A DNA stretch of 64,000 bases from positions 651 through 64,650 of the forward strand of contig CAZMOX010000003.1 of the NCBI GenBank assembly GCA_964567895.1. Reading direction: 5' to 3'. Numbering within the stretch: position 1 is the stretch's first letter; each line of letters starts with the position of its first letter. The notes below the pieces were generated by a model that ran no database searches, was not told the DNA's origin, and worked only from the letters and a program-made list of their open reading frames with translations. A program made the translations under genes and the position numbers. This document shows, in pieces, positions 19,875 through 29,420 of the stretch. The DNA is from an uncultured Spirochaetales bacterium. GTDB taxonomy: Bacteria > Spirochaetota > Spirochaetia > JABMQR01.

Positions 19875-19940
19875 TTGACATACTAAACTTATAGTTATTA
19901 TACTGAATTTAAGTAGTGTCTCAAACTTAAATTCAGTATA
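19875..19940 (+). promoter_or_regulatory. kbl promoter overlapped by a perfect 16-bp inverted repeat (candidate operator)
   Basis: TTGACA-N18-TATACT. TATACTGAATTTAAGT (19899-19914), N10, ACTTAAATTCAGTATA (19925-19940). Confidence 0.7.
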
Positions 19941-20056
19941 CTGTATTGGAGATAGCATATCAAGTTTTTATTAAAAGTGAATAAGCTGCTATGGTTGAAG
20001 AGTTGGAGATATGCTAAAAGTACGAAGTATAAATTCATTTTAGGGGAGAGGAAGTT

Positions 20057-21232
20057 ATGAACAGTGATTTCAGGGATCATCTTTCAGGAAAACTTAATGA
20101 AATAAAGGAGATGAAACTCTATAAAAATGAACGGGTTTTAACTACACCTCAGGGTGGCCATATTAAAACAGAAGACGGGAAAAAGGTACTTAACTTCTGT
20201 TCGAATAACTACATAGGTTTTGCCAATAATGAAGAGATAAAAAAAGCGGCTGCCAGGGGCATTGAGAACTGGGGATTCGGTCTCTCTTCTGTCAGATTTA
20301 TTTGCGGGACCCAGTCTATTCATAAACAGCTCGAAAAGGAGATAGCCTCTTTTACAGGATGTGAAGATGCAATCCTCTATGCAGCCTGTTTTGATGCTAA
20401 TGGTGGAGTATTTGAACCCCTTTTCGATGAAAATGATGCAATTATTTCAGATGAGCTTAATCATGCATCGATAATAGATGGAATCAGGCTGTCAAAAGCA
20501 AAACGGATACGCTATAAACATATGGATATGGAAGATCTGGAAAAAGGACTTATAGAAGCCAAAAATTCCAGATTCAGGATAATTTGCACAGATGGCGTAT
20601 TTTCAATGGATGGTGATATAGCACCGGTTGATAAAATCTGCGCCTTGGCAGAAAAATATAATGCCCTTGTAATGGTAGATGACTCACATGCTACAGGATA
20701 TATTGGAAAGACAGGAAGGGGATCATCCGAGTACTGCGGTGTGCTGGGAAAGGTTGATATTATAACAACAACTTTTGGTAAAGCCCTTGGGGGTGCGTCC
20801 GGTGGGTGTATCTGTGCAAGAAAGGAGATAGTTGAAATGCTTAGACAGAAGTCCCGGCCCTATCTTTTTTCGAATACACTTTCTCCTGCAGTAGCTGCAG
20901 CATCTGTAGAAGCTATCGCTCTTTTGAAAAAGAGCAACGGTAAATATTCATCCGATCTAAAAATGAAATCGGATTATTTTAGGGGAAAGATGAAGGACCT
21001 GGGTTTTGATGTTCCCTATGGAGATACTGCAATTATTCCTGTGATGCTCTATGATGAGCATCTTGCAGTGAGAATAGCAGAAAATCTTTATGAAAACGGA
21101 ATCTATGTAATTCCATTCTCATTTCCTGTTGTTCCGAAAGGTAAAGCAAGAATTAGAGTACAGATTTCTACTGAACATTCATTCGAGGATATTGACAAGC
21201 TTCTTGAGGCGTTTAAAAAGGCTTCTGAATAA
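20057..21232 (+). CDS. kbl: Glycine C-acetyltransferase (2-amino-3-ketobutyrate CoA ligase)
   Basis: LNFCSNNYIG, SSVRFICGTQ, CFDANGG, SDELNHASIIDG, TFGKALGG, SRPYLFSN and ARIRVQIS. Confidence 0.93.
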   Translation: MNSDFRDHLSGKLNEIKEMKLYKNERVLTTPQGGHIKTEDGKKVLNFCSNNYIGFANNEEIKKAAARGIENWGFGLSSVRFICGTQSIHKQLEKEIASFTGCEDAILYAACFDANGGVFEPLFDENDAIISDELNHASIIDGIRLSKAKRIRYKHMDMEDLEKGLIEAKNSRFRIICTDGVFSMDGDIAPVDKICALAEKYNALVMVDDSHATGYIGKTGRGSSEYCGVLGKVDIITTTFGKALGGASGGCICARKEIVEMLRQKSRPYLFSNTLSPAVAAASVEAIALLKKSNGKYSSDLKMKSDYFRGKMKDLGFDVPYGDTAIIPVMLYDEHLAVRIAENLYENGIYVIPFSFPVVPKGKARIRVQISTEHSFEDIDKLLEAFKKASE

Positions 21233-21252
21233 CTCTATTTTCAGGAGTAGAA

Positions 21253-22146
21253 ATGAATTCACTTGTTGCAGTTCTTGTTCTCCTTTCAGCTCTTCTACAT
21301 GTAAGCTGGAATACTCTTGGAAAGAAGGGAACTCCATCAGCTGCGTTTTTTCTAACTGCTTCATTTTCTTCTGTACTTGTTCTTTTCCCGGTGTTATTAG
21401 TTCTGGGTTTTGATTTTTCGATCTATAGGAAAGTCTGGATCTATCTTGTAGTTTCCGGTTTTTTTCAGGCTGTTTATTACACCGGTCTGGCTGGAGCCTA
21501 CAGAACAGGAGAGATGTCTGTTTCATACCCACTTACAAGAGCGCTTCCTGTTATTTTTGTTCCATTTGTCAGTTTTCTTACAGGAAGTATAGAAGGACTT
21601 ACGATCTATTCACTTTCGGGTATGTTCATAGTATTCATTGGTTGTTTTATTCTCCCTCAGGTAACTTTAAGGCGTCTGTTATTCAAAGAATACTTCAAAG
21701 TGCATACACTTTTTGCAGTTCTGGCTGCTGTTGGGACAACGGGTTATACCCTTCTTGACAGCAGTGCTATGACGATAATTAAAAATACAGCAAGTGATTT
21801 GATCCTTAGTGCTGTTTTCTATTTTATATTTCAGATGATTTTTGTATCCATCTTTCTTGGTCTGTATATTCTAATAAATAAAGTTGAACAGAAAAAACTG
21901 CTTGAAATTATAAAAAAAGAGAAACTCCCAACTGTCTTCGCAGGTCTTATGGTTGCTGCTGCCTATATTCTAATTTTAATCTGTTATCCAATGGTTACTC
22001 ATGTCAGCTATGTTACGGCTTTTCGTCAGATTAGTATCCCATTAGGGGCTTTTACAGGGATGTTTTTTCTTAAGGAAAAATGGAGTGTCCCGAAAATACT
22101 GGGAGTTACCATTATTTTTGCGGGACTGCTGATTGTATATCTTTAA
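21253..22146 (+). CDS. EamA/DMT-family transporter
   Basis: About 10 TM helices; SYPLTRA motif and a terminal FRQISI...LKEK. Confidence 0.85.
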   Translation: MNSLVAVLVLLSALLHVSWNTLGKKGTPSAAFFLTASFSSVLVLFPVLLVLGFDFSIYRKVWIYLVVSGFFQAVYYTGLAGAYRTGEMSVSYPLTRALPVIFVPFVSFLTGSIEGLTIYSLSGMFIVFIGCFILPQVTLRRLLFKEYFKVHTLFAVLAAVGTTGYTLLDSSAMTIIKNTASDLILSAVFYFIFQMIFVSIFLGLYILINKVEQKKLLEIIKKEKLPTVFAGLMVAAAYILILICYPMVTHVSYVTAFRQISIPLGAFTGMFFLKEKWSVPKILGVTIIFAGLLIVYL

Positions 22147-22222
22147 CTTCAATAAAAAAGGATCCGAAAACAGAGTAATTCTGCTTCGGACCCCTCATTT
22201 AGTAACAGCCTAACTTATTATT

Positions 22223-22984
22223 TCAGGAAAAAACGGTTATTAATTGCTCTAAGCTCAGTACACCATTATATTCGATGCCCTGTCCTCCCTGTTTAAGCTC
22301 TCCCTTTTCGCCATCTGAATCGCCGAGACAGGTGACAATAATATCCCCTGCGCTTAAGTCTTCTTTTTCTGTGTATACGTTGGTGGTAACTACAATATTC
22401 ATGCCTGCAGCTTTGGCAGCAGTAACACCGTTTTTAGAATCCTCAAAGACTATACACTCCTCAGGCTTTAAATTCCCGGTCTTCAATCCCAGAAGATAGA
22501 TCGCAGGATCAGGTTTCTTCTTTTTTACAACATCTCCGGCTAATACAAATTCGAATTTGATTTCCTTCAGAATTCCATAAGCTACTGCCTCGGCAGCTTT
22601 TTCGTTGGATGTGGTACAAACACCAACCCTGAGTCCTTTTGCAATAGCCTCTTTCATAATCCGTTTTACACCGGGTCGCAATGGGAGGGAACCCTCTTTT
22701 ATCAGTTCTATAAAGATCTCGGTTTTTCTTTTATGCAGTTTCTTAATCAGTTCATCTTCTTCGTCCGGTTTAATCTCTTTTCCAAAGCCTTTGGAATGCA
22801 GGTGGTGACGCATTCTCTCTTTTCCACCAGCAATCTGAAGAAGGTCATGGTAATAATCTACATCCCATTCAAAATTGAAACCAAACTCCTTGAATGTTTT
22901 ATTGAAAGCTACACGGTGGCCGTCCCTTTCAGTGTCTATAATTACACCATCCTGATCAAAAATCAGTGCCTTTATTTCCGCCAT
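22223..22984 (-). CDS. HAD-superfamily IA hydrolase (CbbY-like sugar-phosphate phosphatase)
   Basis: IFDQDGVIIDTERDGHRVAFN, KKPDPAIY and FEDS.NG. Confidence 0.88.
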   Translation of the reverse strand: MAEIKALIFDQDGVIIDTERDGHRVAFNKTFKEFGFNFEWDVDYYHDLLQIAGGKERMRHHLHSKGFGKEIKPDEEDELIKKLHKRKTEIFIELIKEGSLPLRPGVKRIMKEAIAKGLRVGVCTTSNEKAAEAVAYGILKEIKFEFVLAGDVVKKKKPDPAIYLLGLKTGNLKPEECIVFEDSKNGVTAAKAAGMNIVVTTNVYTEKEDLSAGDIIVTCLGDSDGEKGELKQGGQGIEYNGVLSLEQLITVFS

Positions 22985-22995
22985 TTATTTCTCCC

Positions 22996-24096
22996 TTATT
23001 TAGCGCAGTATTCCTTAATAGACTCAACCGCCATTCTGTTCTCTTCTGCAGTACCGACAGTAATTCTGAAGAAACCATCACTATCGTACATTGGATTCTG
23101 TGGTCTTAAGATAATACCCTTTTCCTGAACATAAGCTACTATATCATCACCCTTCTTGCCGGTGCCTTTTGCATCAAAGAGTATATAATTGCCGCGGGTA
23201 TGGAACACAGTCATCCCGGGAATAGCACTCAGTTCTTTCTCAATATAGGCAACCTGATTATTGTTGAATTTTATTCTCATAGCCAGGCCTTCGGTATCCT
23301 CTAAAGCAGCCAGGGCTGCCCACATCGGAATAGTACCCACATTCCAGGGAATAAGTGTTGCTGAAATTTGAGCTACAACCTCTTTGTTACCCAGCATATA
23401 GCCGAATCTCAAGCCTGCCAGACCATATGCCTTGGAAAGGGTTCTGGTAACCAGCACATTCTTATAATCCTTGATTAATTTTACCATTGAATCTTCCAGC
23501 CCGCTATATTCCTTATAGGCTTCATCCACAACAAAAGGTATCCCCAGATCAGCAATTCTGCGAAAATCTTTTTCAGCCATAAAATTGCCGGTAGGATTAT
23601 TGGGATTGGCAATAACAATTAACTTGGTTTTTGGAGTTACCGCTTTAATAATCGCGTCAGGGTCAAAAAGAAGCTGGCCCTCTTCATAGATCATGGGCAC
23701 AGATACCAGTTTTCCGCCTAAAATGTTACAGCGCAGTTTATAGATGCCGAAACAGGGTGTATGCTGAATTAGTTCATCCCCGGGTGCAAGGAAACTCCGC
23801 CACATCATATCATAGACTTCACTGGTTCCATTACCGAGCATTACATTCTCAGGACCGGCAAAACCATTGAGTTCAGCGATCTTTGTACGTACAACACTTC
23901 CAGCGTCAGAATAGCGGTTGGCCATTTTACCGTATTTATTAATTGCTGCCAGTACTTTTTCCGATGGTTGGTGAGGGTTCTCATTGGACATCATGCGGTG
24001 TAAGTTCTTATCTTCCCAGGCCATTTCAATGTGGGGGGAAATATACATTTCTATCCCCTTTATCCAGGGTACAAAATAATCTTCAATCTTTTTCAT
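22996..24096 (-). CDS. HisC-like fold-type I PLP aminotransferase
   Basis: NENP, GNG, NPNNPTG, DEAY, RTLSKAYGLAGLR and RITVG. Confidence 0.85.
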   Translation of the reverse strand: MKKIEDYFVPWIKGIEMYISPHIEMAWEDKNLHRMMSNENPHQPSEKVLAAINKYGKMANRYSDAGSVVRTKIAELNGFAGPENVMLGNGTSEVYDMMWRSFLAPGDELIQHTPCFGIYKLRCNILGGKLVSVPMIYEEGQLLFDPDAIIKAVTPKTKLIVIANPNNPTGNFMAEKDFRRIADLGIPFVVDEAYKEYSGLEDSMVKLIKDYKNVLVTRTLSKAYGLAGLRFGYMLGNKEVVAQISATLIPWNVGTIPMWAALAALEDTEGLAMRIKFNNNQVAYIEKELSAIPGMTVFHTRGNYILFDAKGTGKKGDDIVAYVQEKGIILRPQNPMYDSDGFFRITVGTAEENRMAVESIKEYCAK

Positions 24097-24162
24097 TAAA
24101 AAACAACTCCTAAAGTATATTTGTTTGTAAGGTCTCGAACCTTATCTACTAAAGCTTGTCGG

Positions 24163-25038
24163 TCAAGCTTTACCTGCACAGCCAAAAAGATCAATCCAGT
24201 AGTTGATGCGTTCCTTAACTGCTTTTCTTACAGCCTCATCAATTTTGCCCGGATTGTATTGGTCCCTGTTTGCTGAAATATGGTCAAAAGTAGAATCGAT
24301 CAGGGCGTGTTTCAAATCGGTAGAGACATTGAATTTAGATCCGCCAAGGGAAACCAGCTTTTTGACTACATCCGGCTTAAGGCCGGTTCCACCGTGAATA
24401 ACCAGCGGCGTAGTTAAAGTCTTTCCATTGATGAGCCCGGCTATTGTCTCGAGTCTCTTCATGTCGAGCTTCGGATTCTCGGTCTTGTAGATTCCATGGG
24501 CCGTGCCAATAGCAGGCGCAAAGATATCCACCCCAGTCTCTTTCACAAAGCTCACAGCAGCGTCCGGGTCACAAAGAGCTGCTTCATCACCGGCCACTAT
24601 TACCTGGTCTTCCACACCGGAGACGGTTCCCAGTTCTCCCTCAACGGATATATTACCCAAATTGTGACAGTAATTGCTTACCTCTTTTGTCTGTCTGACA
24701 TTCTCCTCATAAACCTGTTTGGAAGCATCTATCATGATGTTTGTATATCCTGCATCGGCACATCTACGGCAGAAGTCAACATCTGTACAGTGATCCAGAT
24801 GCAGACAGATTGGAATAGGCGCTGATTCAGCTAACGTCCGAAAAACTGCTGCTAATACCTCAGGACCGATTGCCTTGGCTGGTGTTACAGAAGTCTGGAT
24901 AATTAATGGAGCTTTCCTCTCTATTGCTGCTTCTACTACCGCTTTCATCTGAATGATATTGGTAATATTAAAAGCGCCAACTGAATATTTCCCCTCAGTT
25001 GCTTTTAAAAGCATCTCTTTGGCATCTACTATAGCCAT
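24163..25038 (-). CDS. Class II ketose-bisphosphate aldolase
   Basis: GAFN, HLDH, MIDAS, EGELG, GTAHG, HGGTG and KFNV.T. Confidence 0.9.
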   Translation of the reverse strand: MAIVDAKEMLLKATEGKYSVGAFNITNIIQMKAVVEAAIERKAPLIIQTSVTPAKAIGPEVLAAVFRTLAESAPIPICLHLDHCTDVDFCRRCADAGYTNIMIDASKQVYEENVRQTKEVSNYCHNLGNISVEGELGTVSGVEDQVIVAGDEAALCDPDAAVSFVKETGVDIFAPAIGTAHGIYKTENPKLDMKRLETIAGLINGKTLTTPLVIHGGTGLKPDVVKKLVSLGGSKFNVSTDLKHALIDSTFDHISANRDQYNPGKIDEAVRKAVKERINYWIDLFGCAGKA

Positions 25039-25141
25039 TTTTCTCCTCCTTAAAATTATGTAAAATAACTGTCCAACAATCTGTTCCGGTTATTGAACAG
25101 CCCCAATAAATTTAACCCGGAATAATCCGGTGTTTTTCTAA

Positions 25142-25915
25142 TTACTGCCCCTCATTGTAACTTATATGTCGAATATACTTGCCTGTTTCCACCTTGAACA
25201 TATAGCGATCGCCCCGGTAGAAAGACTGCAGTATCTCGATACAAACATTTTGCGAATTATAGGCCAGACTCTCCAGAACAATGCAGGGCGTATCGCTGCT
25301 GATATCCATAAGCCGGGCAATCTCTTTTTCAGCTCTTACCGCCCGGATTGTCTGTACGGAATGATCCAGATCAGCCTTAAAATGGTCTATTAGCAGTTGG
25401 TACATTGACCCCTTTATTTCCATTTCCAGCAACTCGCTGAAATTCTTAAAAGCGTAGTACTGTTTTTCAAGTATCAGCGGGGTTTTATCTGCTATTCGAA
25501 GACGCCCTATTACCACTACATAATCATCAGCATTAATCATAAGCTTTTCAGCCAGTTCTTTCCCGGCTCTGATTTTCTCTTTCTGAATTAGTTTTTCTTC
25601 CAGATTGATGCTTTCCAGATTAAAGTCATCCATAAAGCTCATCATTGAACCCAGCATATGAACAGGCGATAACGCAGCCTTTTTTATTACAAAAACACCC
25701 ACACCCCGTTGTTTTTTTACCAGGCCTTTCTGTACAAGTAGAGACATAGCCTGCCTGATGGTGTTGCGGTTTAGCTGGAAAATCATGGCCAATTCCCCTT
25801 CGGAAGGAAGTTTGGATCCGACTTTGTATTTTTCTGTTTTAATCTCTTTCTCCAGATATTCTGATACCTGAACATAAAGAGGAATTGGACTGGTTTTATT
25901 AATAATGTTCTGCAT
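25142..25915 (-). CDS. GntR (HutC/UTRA) regulator
   Basis: PLYVQ, LPSE.EL...RNTIRQA HTH and UTRA end YRGDRY. Confidence 0.9.
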   Translation of the reverse strand: MQNIINKTSPIPLYVQVSEYLEKEIKTEKYKVGSKLPSEGELAMIFQLNRNTIRQAMSLLVQKGLVKKQRGVGVFVIKKAALSPVHMLGSMMSFMDDFNLESINLEEKLIQKEKIRAGKELAEKLMINADDYVVVIGRLRIADKTPLILEKQYYAFKNFSELLEMEIKGSMYQLLIDHFKADLDHSVQTIRAVRAEKEIARLMDISSDTPCIVLESLAYNSQNVCIEILQSFYRGDRYMFKVETGKYIRHISYNEGQ

Positions 25916-25934
25916 AATTATCTACCTATCTACT

Positions 25935-25952
25935 TGTCTACCTATGTAGATA
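25935..25952. promoter_or_regulatory. Candidate GntR operator
   Basis: Imperfect palindrome TGTCTAC-CTAT-GTAGATA with adjacent TCTAC repeats just upstream of gntR. Confidence 0.3.
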
Positions 25953-26083
25953 CTATATTCCCCCAAAACTGTCAAGTAAAAAATAAATATTATCTCATTA
26001 TTATCTCATAACTACAGAATTATTTAAAAATGTGCATCAATTTTAGTATTCATAATATATACTGTAATGTATGGAGGCTACTG

Positions 26084-27109
26084 ATGAAAGCTCTTGCAAA
26101 AACAAAAAAAGAACCGGGAATCTGGATGATAGATGCACCAGAACCTGAATGTGGTCCCAATGATCTGCTTATAAAGATAAAGATTACAGCTATCTGTGGT
26201 ACGGATGTCCATATCTACAACTGGGATGCCTGGTCACAAAAAACTATTCCGGTTCCCATGATTACCGGTCATGAATTTGTCGGTACAGTTGTTGGAATAG
26301 GAGATGAAGTAGATGGTTTTTCAATAGGAGACAGGGTTTCCGGTGAAGGGCATCTAACATGCGGTCATTGCAGGAACTGCAGGGCAGGGAAACGCCATCT
26401 CTGTAGAAACACAAAAGGTATCGGTGTCAATGTTCAGGGTTGTTTTGCTGAGCTTCTGGTTATTCCGGCGGGAAATGCCTTTAAGCTGGATGATTTTATA
26501 AGTGACGAAGTAGCGGCAATTTTCGATCCATTTGGTAATGCTGTTCATACAGCTCTCTCTTTCAATGCTGTCGGAGAAGATGTCCTTATAACCGGTGCAG
26601 GTCCTATTGGGATAATGGCAGCTGCAGTAGCAAAACATGCAGGAGCGAGGTATGTAATAATTACAGATGTAAATGATTATCGCCTAAATCTTGCAAAGCA
26701 GATGGGGGCGACCAAGGCAATCAATATAAAGAATGACAGTCTGGAAATAATAATGAGCGAGCTTCATATGCTCGAGGGATTTGATATTGGTATGGAAATG
26801 TCAGGTAGTCCTGCCGCTCAAAACCAGCTTTTTCATTATATGAATTATGGTGGTCGAGTCGCAATGCTTGGTATTCCTTCAGAGGAAAGTCAGGTAAACT
26901 GGAACGATATCATCTTCAAGGGTCTGCTCCTTAAAGGAATTTATGGACGTGAGATGTTTGAGACATGGTATAAGATGGCATCCATGATACGATCGGGTCT
27001 GGATATAACAAGGATAATTACCCATCGGCTGCCGATTGATGAATTTGAAAAGGGTTTCGAAATAATGGCTTCCGGTCAGTCCGGAAAAGTCCTTCTTTAC
27101 TGGGAGTAA
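26084..27109 (+). CDS. tdh: L-threonine 3-dehydrogenase
   Basis: MKALAK after [63 protein letters not shown] and SGKV. Confidence 0.93.
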   Translation: MKALAKTKKEPGIWMIDAPEPECGPNDLLIKIKITAICGTDVHIYNWDAWSQKTIPVPMITGHEFVGTVVGIGDEVDGFSIGDRVSGEGHLTCGHCRNCRAGKRHLCRNTKGIGVNVQGCFAELLVIPAGNAFKLDDFISDEVAAIFDPFGNAVHTALSFNAVGEDVLITGAGPIGIMAAAVAKHAGARYVIITDVNDYRLNLAKQMGATKAINIKNDSLEIIMSELHMLEGFDIGMEMSGSPAAQNQLFHYMNYGGRVAMLGIPSEESQVNWNDIIFKGLLLKGIYGREMFETWYKMASMIRSGLDITRIITHRLPIDEFEKGFEIMASGQSGKVLLYWE

Positions 27110-27116
27110 AATTATT

Positions 27117-27492
27117 CTCCGAAAACGGAAAGTGATGACGATCGGGCAGCTATACCAGTTATAATTGCAACGGTCGCTACTATACCCTTTCGGGGGTACC
27201 GCAGTTTGATGAGCATGGGTTGTGGGAGTACCGGGGGATTCGGTTTTCCCGATTTGGTACTCTCAAGCAGACAACCATCCATTTGATCAGCTTGAATCCC
27301 CGATCCTTTATGGTACATTTCAAAGAACTGCCGCAAATACACCGGGAAAAGGTGCAGGGTCGCTATGTCTACTCCAGTGCTGATCCAGCAGTTGGTGAGC
27401 GACAGCGATCAGGGCGGGAAGCTGCAGTGAAGAAGCAATCACTACTGAGACTCTCAGATCATGATGCTATGCCTTTTCAACCAGCATACTGA
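27117..27492 (+). pseudogene. Remnant of a mobile-element-associated hypothetical ORF
   Basis: LRKRKVMTIGQL is joined out of frame to YTSYNCNGRYYTL..PQFDEHGLW..RGIRFSRFGTL. I recall this pattern from ORFs in large transposon modules. Confidence 0.35.
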
Positions 27493-27590
27493 ATTTACTT
27501 CTTGCGCAGACTAGTCTGACTAGATAGTACTATTTTTCAATCTGAAAGATGTACGAATTTTATCATATCCTACTGCAGCTAGAAAGTTTT

Positions 27591-28031
27591 TTAAAGACTC
27601 TTTTCCAATGGATAATAGCTTTTTATAGGGGGAAATCGCTTAAAATCATAATCTGCAGTATGTACTATTGCTTTATGAGAAAGTGCCAAAGCTGCTATTT
27701 GTGCATCAGTTACTAAATTTCCACCCGCTGAACCAGCCTGGATAAGCAGATCCTGTACATCAGAATAATAACTGCTGCCGGGTTCGAGCACTTGCGTAAC
27801 AGATCGTGAAATCCAGCTATTGATGTGAGAAAATACTTCGGGAATCGACATTGGTTTTGAGAATACTCTATAACTGGTAGCTATCCTCGTAAAAGCAAAT
27901 ATCACTGGATTTACTAAACCAACCGGCTCGTTACCGGATAAACAGGTTTCCCACCACTTTTTTGCCTGGTTATGATACTTAGATGAACTGTTATAGGCAT
28001 AAAGGAGCAAGTTAGCATCCGGAATAATCAT
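27591..28031 (-). CDS. vapC: VapC PIN-domain toxin
   Basis: IIPDANLLLYA, E/W helix, NLVTDAQIAALA and TADYDF.RF. Confidence 0.88.
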   Translation of the reverse strand: MIIPDANLLLYAYNSSSKYHNQAKKWWETCLSGNEPVGLVNPVIFAFTRIATSYRVFSKPMSIPEVFSHINSWISRSVTQVLEPGSSYYSDVQDLLIQAGSAGGNLVTDAQIAALALSHKAIVHTADYDFKRFPPIKSYYPLEKSL

Positions 28032-28300
28032 GAGAAGTCCTTTTTATGCTCTGCTGCTTCCAGATAAGCATCAATTTCCATATCATCAGCAAGCTTATTG
28101 TAACTTCCTGCATCGATTCCTACCCGTAGATCCAAATTGCGTGCTTCTACTTTGAAGGATGGTTCCTGCTTTGCATATCCAGTGGAAAGTGCTTTTCTCA
28201 GGGATTGATTGATAATTTCCTTAAAACTTTTACGACTTTTCTGCATGGTATCCAGAATTAGCTGTTCAACATCAGGGTCAATAGTAATTGTTGTTCTCAT
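28028..28300 (-). CDS. vapB: VapB-type ribbon-helix-helix antitoxin
   Basis: MRTTITIDPDV...SFKEIINQSLR; 4-bp overlap with vapC. Confidence 0.82.
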   Translation of the reverse strand: MRTTITIDPDVEQLILDTMQKSRKSFKEIINQSLRKALSTGYAKQEPSFKVEARNLDLRVGIDAGSYNKLADDMEIDAYLEAAEHKKDFS

Positions 28301-28335
28301 GTAAGCATCATCGCATCATAATATTGTGCTGTCAA
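28301..28335 (-). promoter_or_regulatory. vapBC promoter/operator, probably leaderless
   Basis: TTGACA at 28335-28330 and tandem GCATCAT repeats (28305-28311, 28313-28319) immediately before the ATG; no SD. Confidence 0.45.
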
Positions 28336-28353
28336 GATGATTTCTTCTGAAAA

Positions 28354-28430
28354 GATTCCGAGAAAAAGAAGATTATATTAGAAAATGCAAAGAAATGGTT
28401 TAGAACAACGATTTCAACAAATCATATAAA
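28354..28430 (+). pseudogene. Probable 5' remnant of a type II restriction endonuclease
   Basis: DSEKKKIILENAKKWFRTTISTNHIK resembles the N-termini of REases paired with this MTase type (from memory). Confidence 0.35.
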
Positions 28431-29294
28431 AATATTGATTTTTCTAAATATAGTGGAAAGGTTGATGTTGTTACGGGTGGGTTCCCATGCCAAGCATTCA
28501 GTTATGCTGGCAAAAAGCTCGGCTTTAAAGATGCAAGAGGTACACTTTTTTTTGAGTATGCTCGAGCAATAAAAGAGATAATGCCAAAAATTTGTATTGC
28601 TGAAAATGTAAGAGGATTATTAAATCATGAGGAAGGTAAAACTCTCACCGGAATGATTGATATCTTAGGGGAGCTGGGCTATAGGGTTCTTCCTCCAAGA
28701 ATTCTGAAGGCTATTCATTATAGAGTTCCTCAAAAGCGAGAGAGATTAATACTAGTAGCAATTAGAGATGATATAGATATTGATTTTCATTCTCCAGAAC
28801 CATATAAAAAAATATATACACTTAAAGATGCATTAAAAAAAGGTGAATTATTCAATTCGCCAGTTTCAGAATCACCCGGACAAAAATATCCTGCAAGGAA
28901 AAAAGAGATATTATCAATGATTCCACCTGGAGGATATTGGAGAGATTTACCGCTAGATATTCAGAAAGAATATATGCTGAAAAGTTTCTACCTTGGAGGT
29001 GGGAAAACTGGTATGGCAAGGCGTATATTTTGGGATGAACCCTGTTTAACATTAACTTGTGCTTCAGCACAAAAACAGACAGAAAGATGTCATCCTGACG
29101 AAACTCGTCCATTTACTATACGAGAATATGCTCGAATACAAACCTTTCCTGACGATTGGATATTTGAAGGTTCAATTTCTCAGCAATATAAGCAAATAGG
29201 AAATGCAGTTCCGGTAAACTTGGCAACAGAAGTAGGTTATTCAATAGTCTCATTTCTTAATAACTATTTGCATAGTCGTAAAAAAATATCTTAG
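28425..29294 (+). pseudogene. 5'-truncated C5 DNA cytosine methyltransferase
   Basis: Motifs IV (GGFPCQAFS), VI (ENVRG), VIII (QKRER), IX-X (REYARIQTFPD, QIGNAVP) are present. The SAM-binding motif I (FxGxG) and the start codon are absent. Confidence 0.85.
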
Positions 29295-29350
29295 GATAGG
29301 GGGTTAAGCGGTATTTGTTGACATTCCCATCATAGATAACCGATAATTTT

Positions 29351-29401
29351 GATAATGAAGGAAGGCCGCTCTCTTTTGCAGATGGACAGATTGCATCGAT
29401 A
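29351..29401 (+). pseudogene. Short VapC/PIN C-terminal remnant
   Basis: Reads EGRPLSFADGQIASI. Confidence 0.4.
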
Positions 29402-29420
29402 ACTCTGGCACCGCAATATT

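Noticed and set aside
22996-24096. Assigning hisC or cobD
   Set aside because: The fold is clear but there are no histidine or cobalamin biosynthesis genes in context; the substrate is left open.
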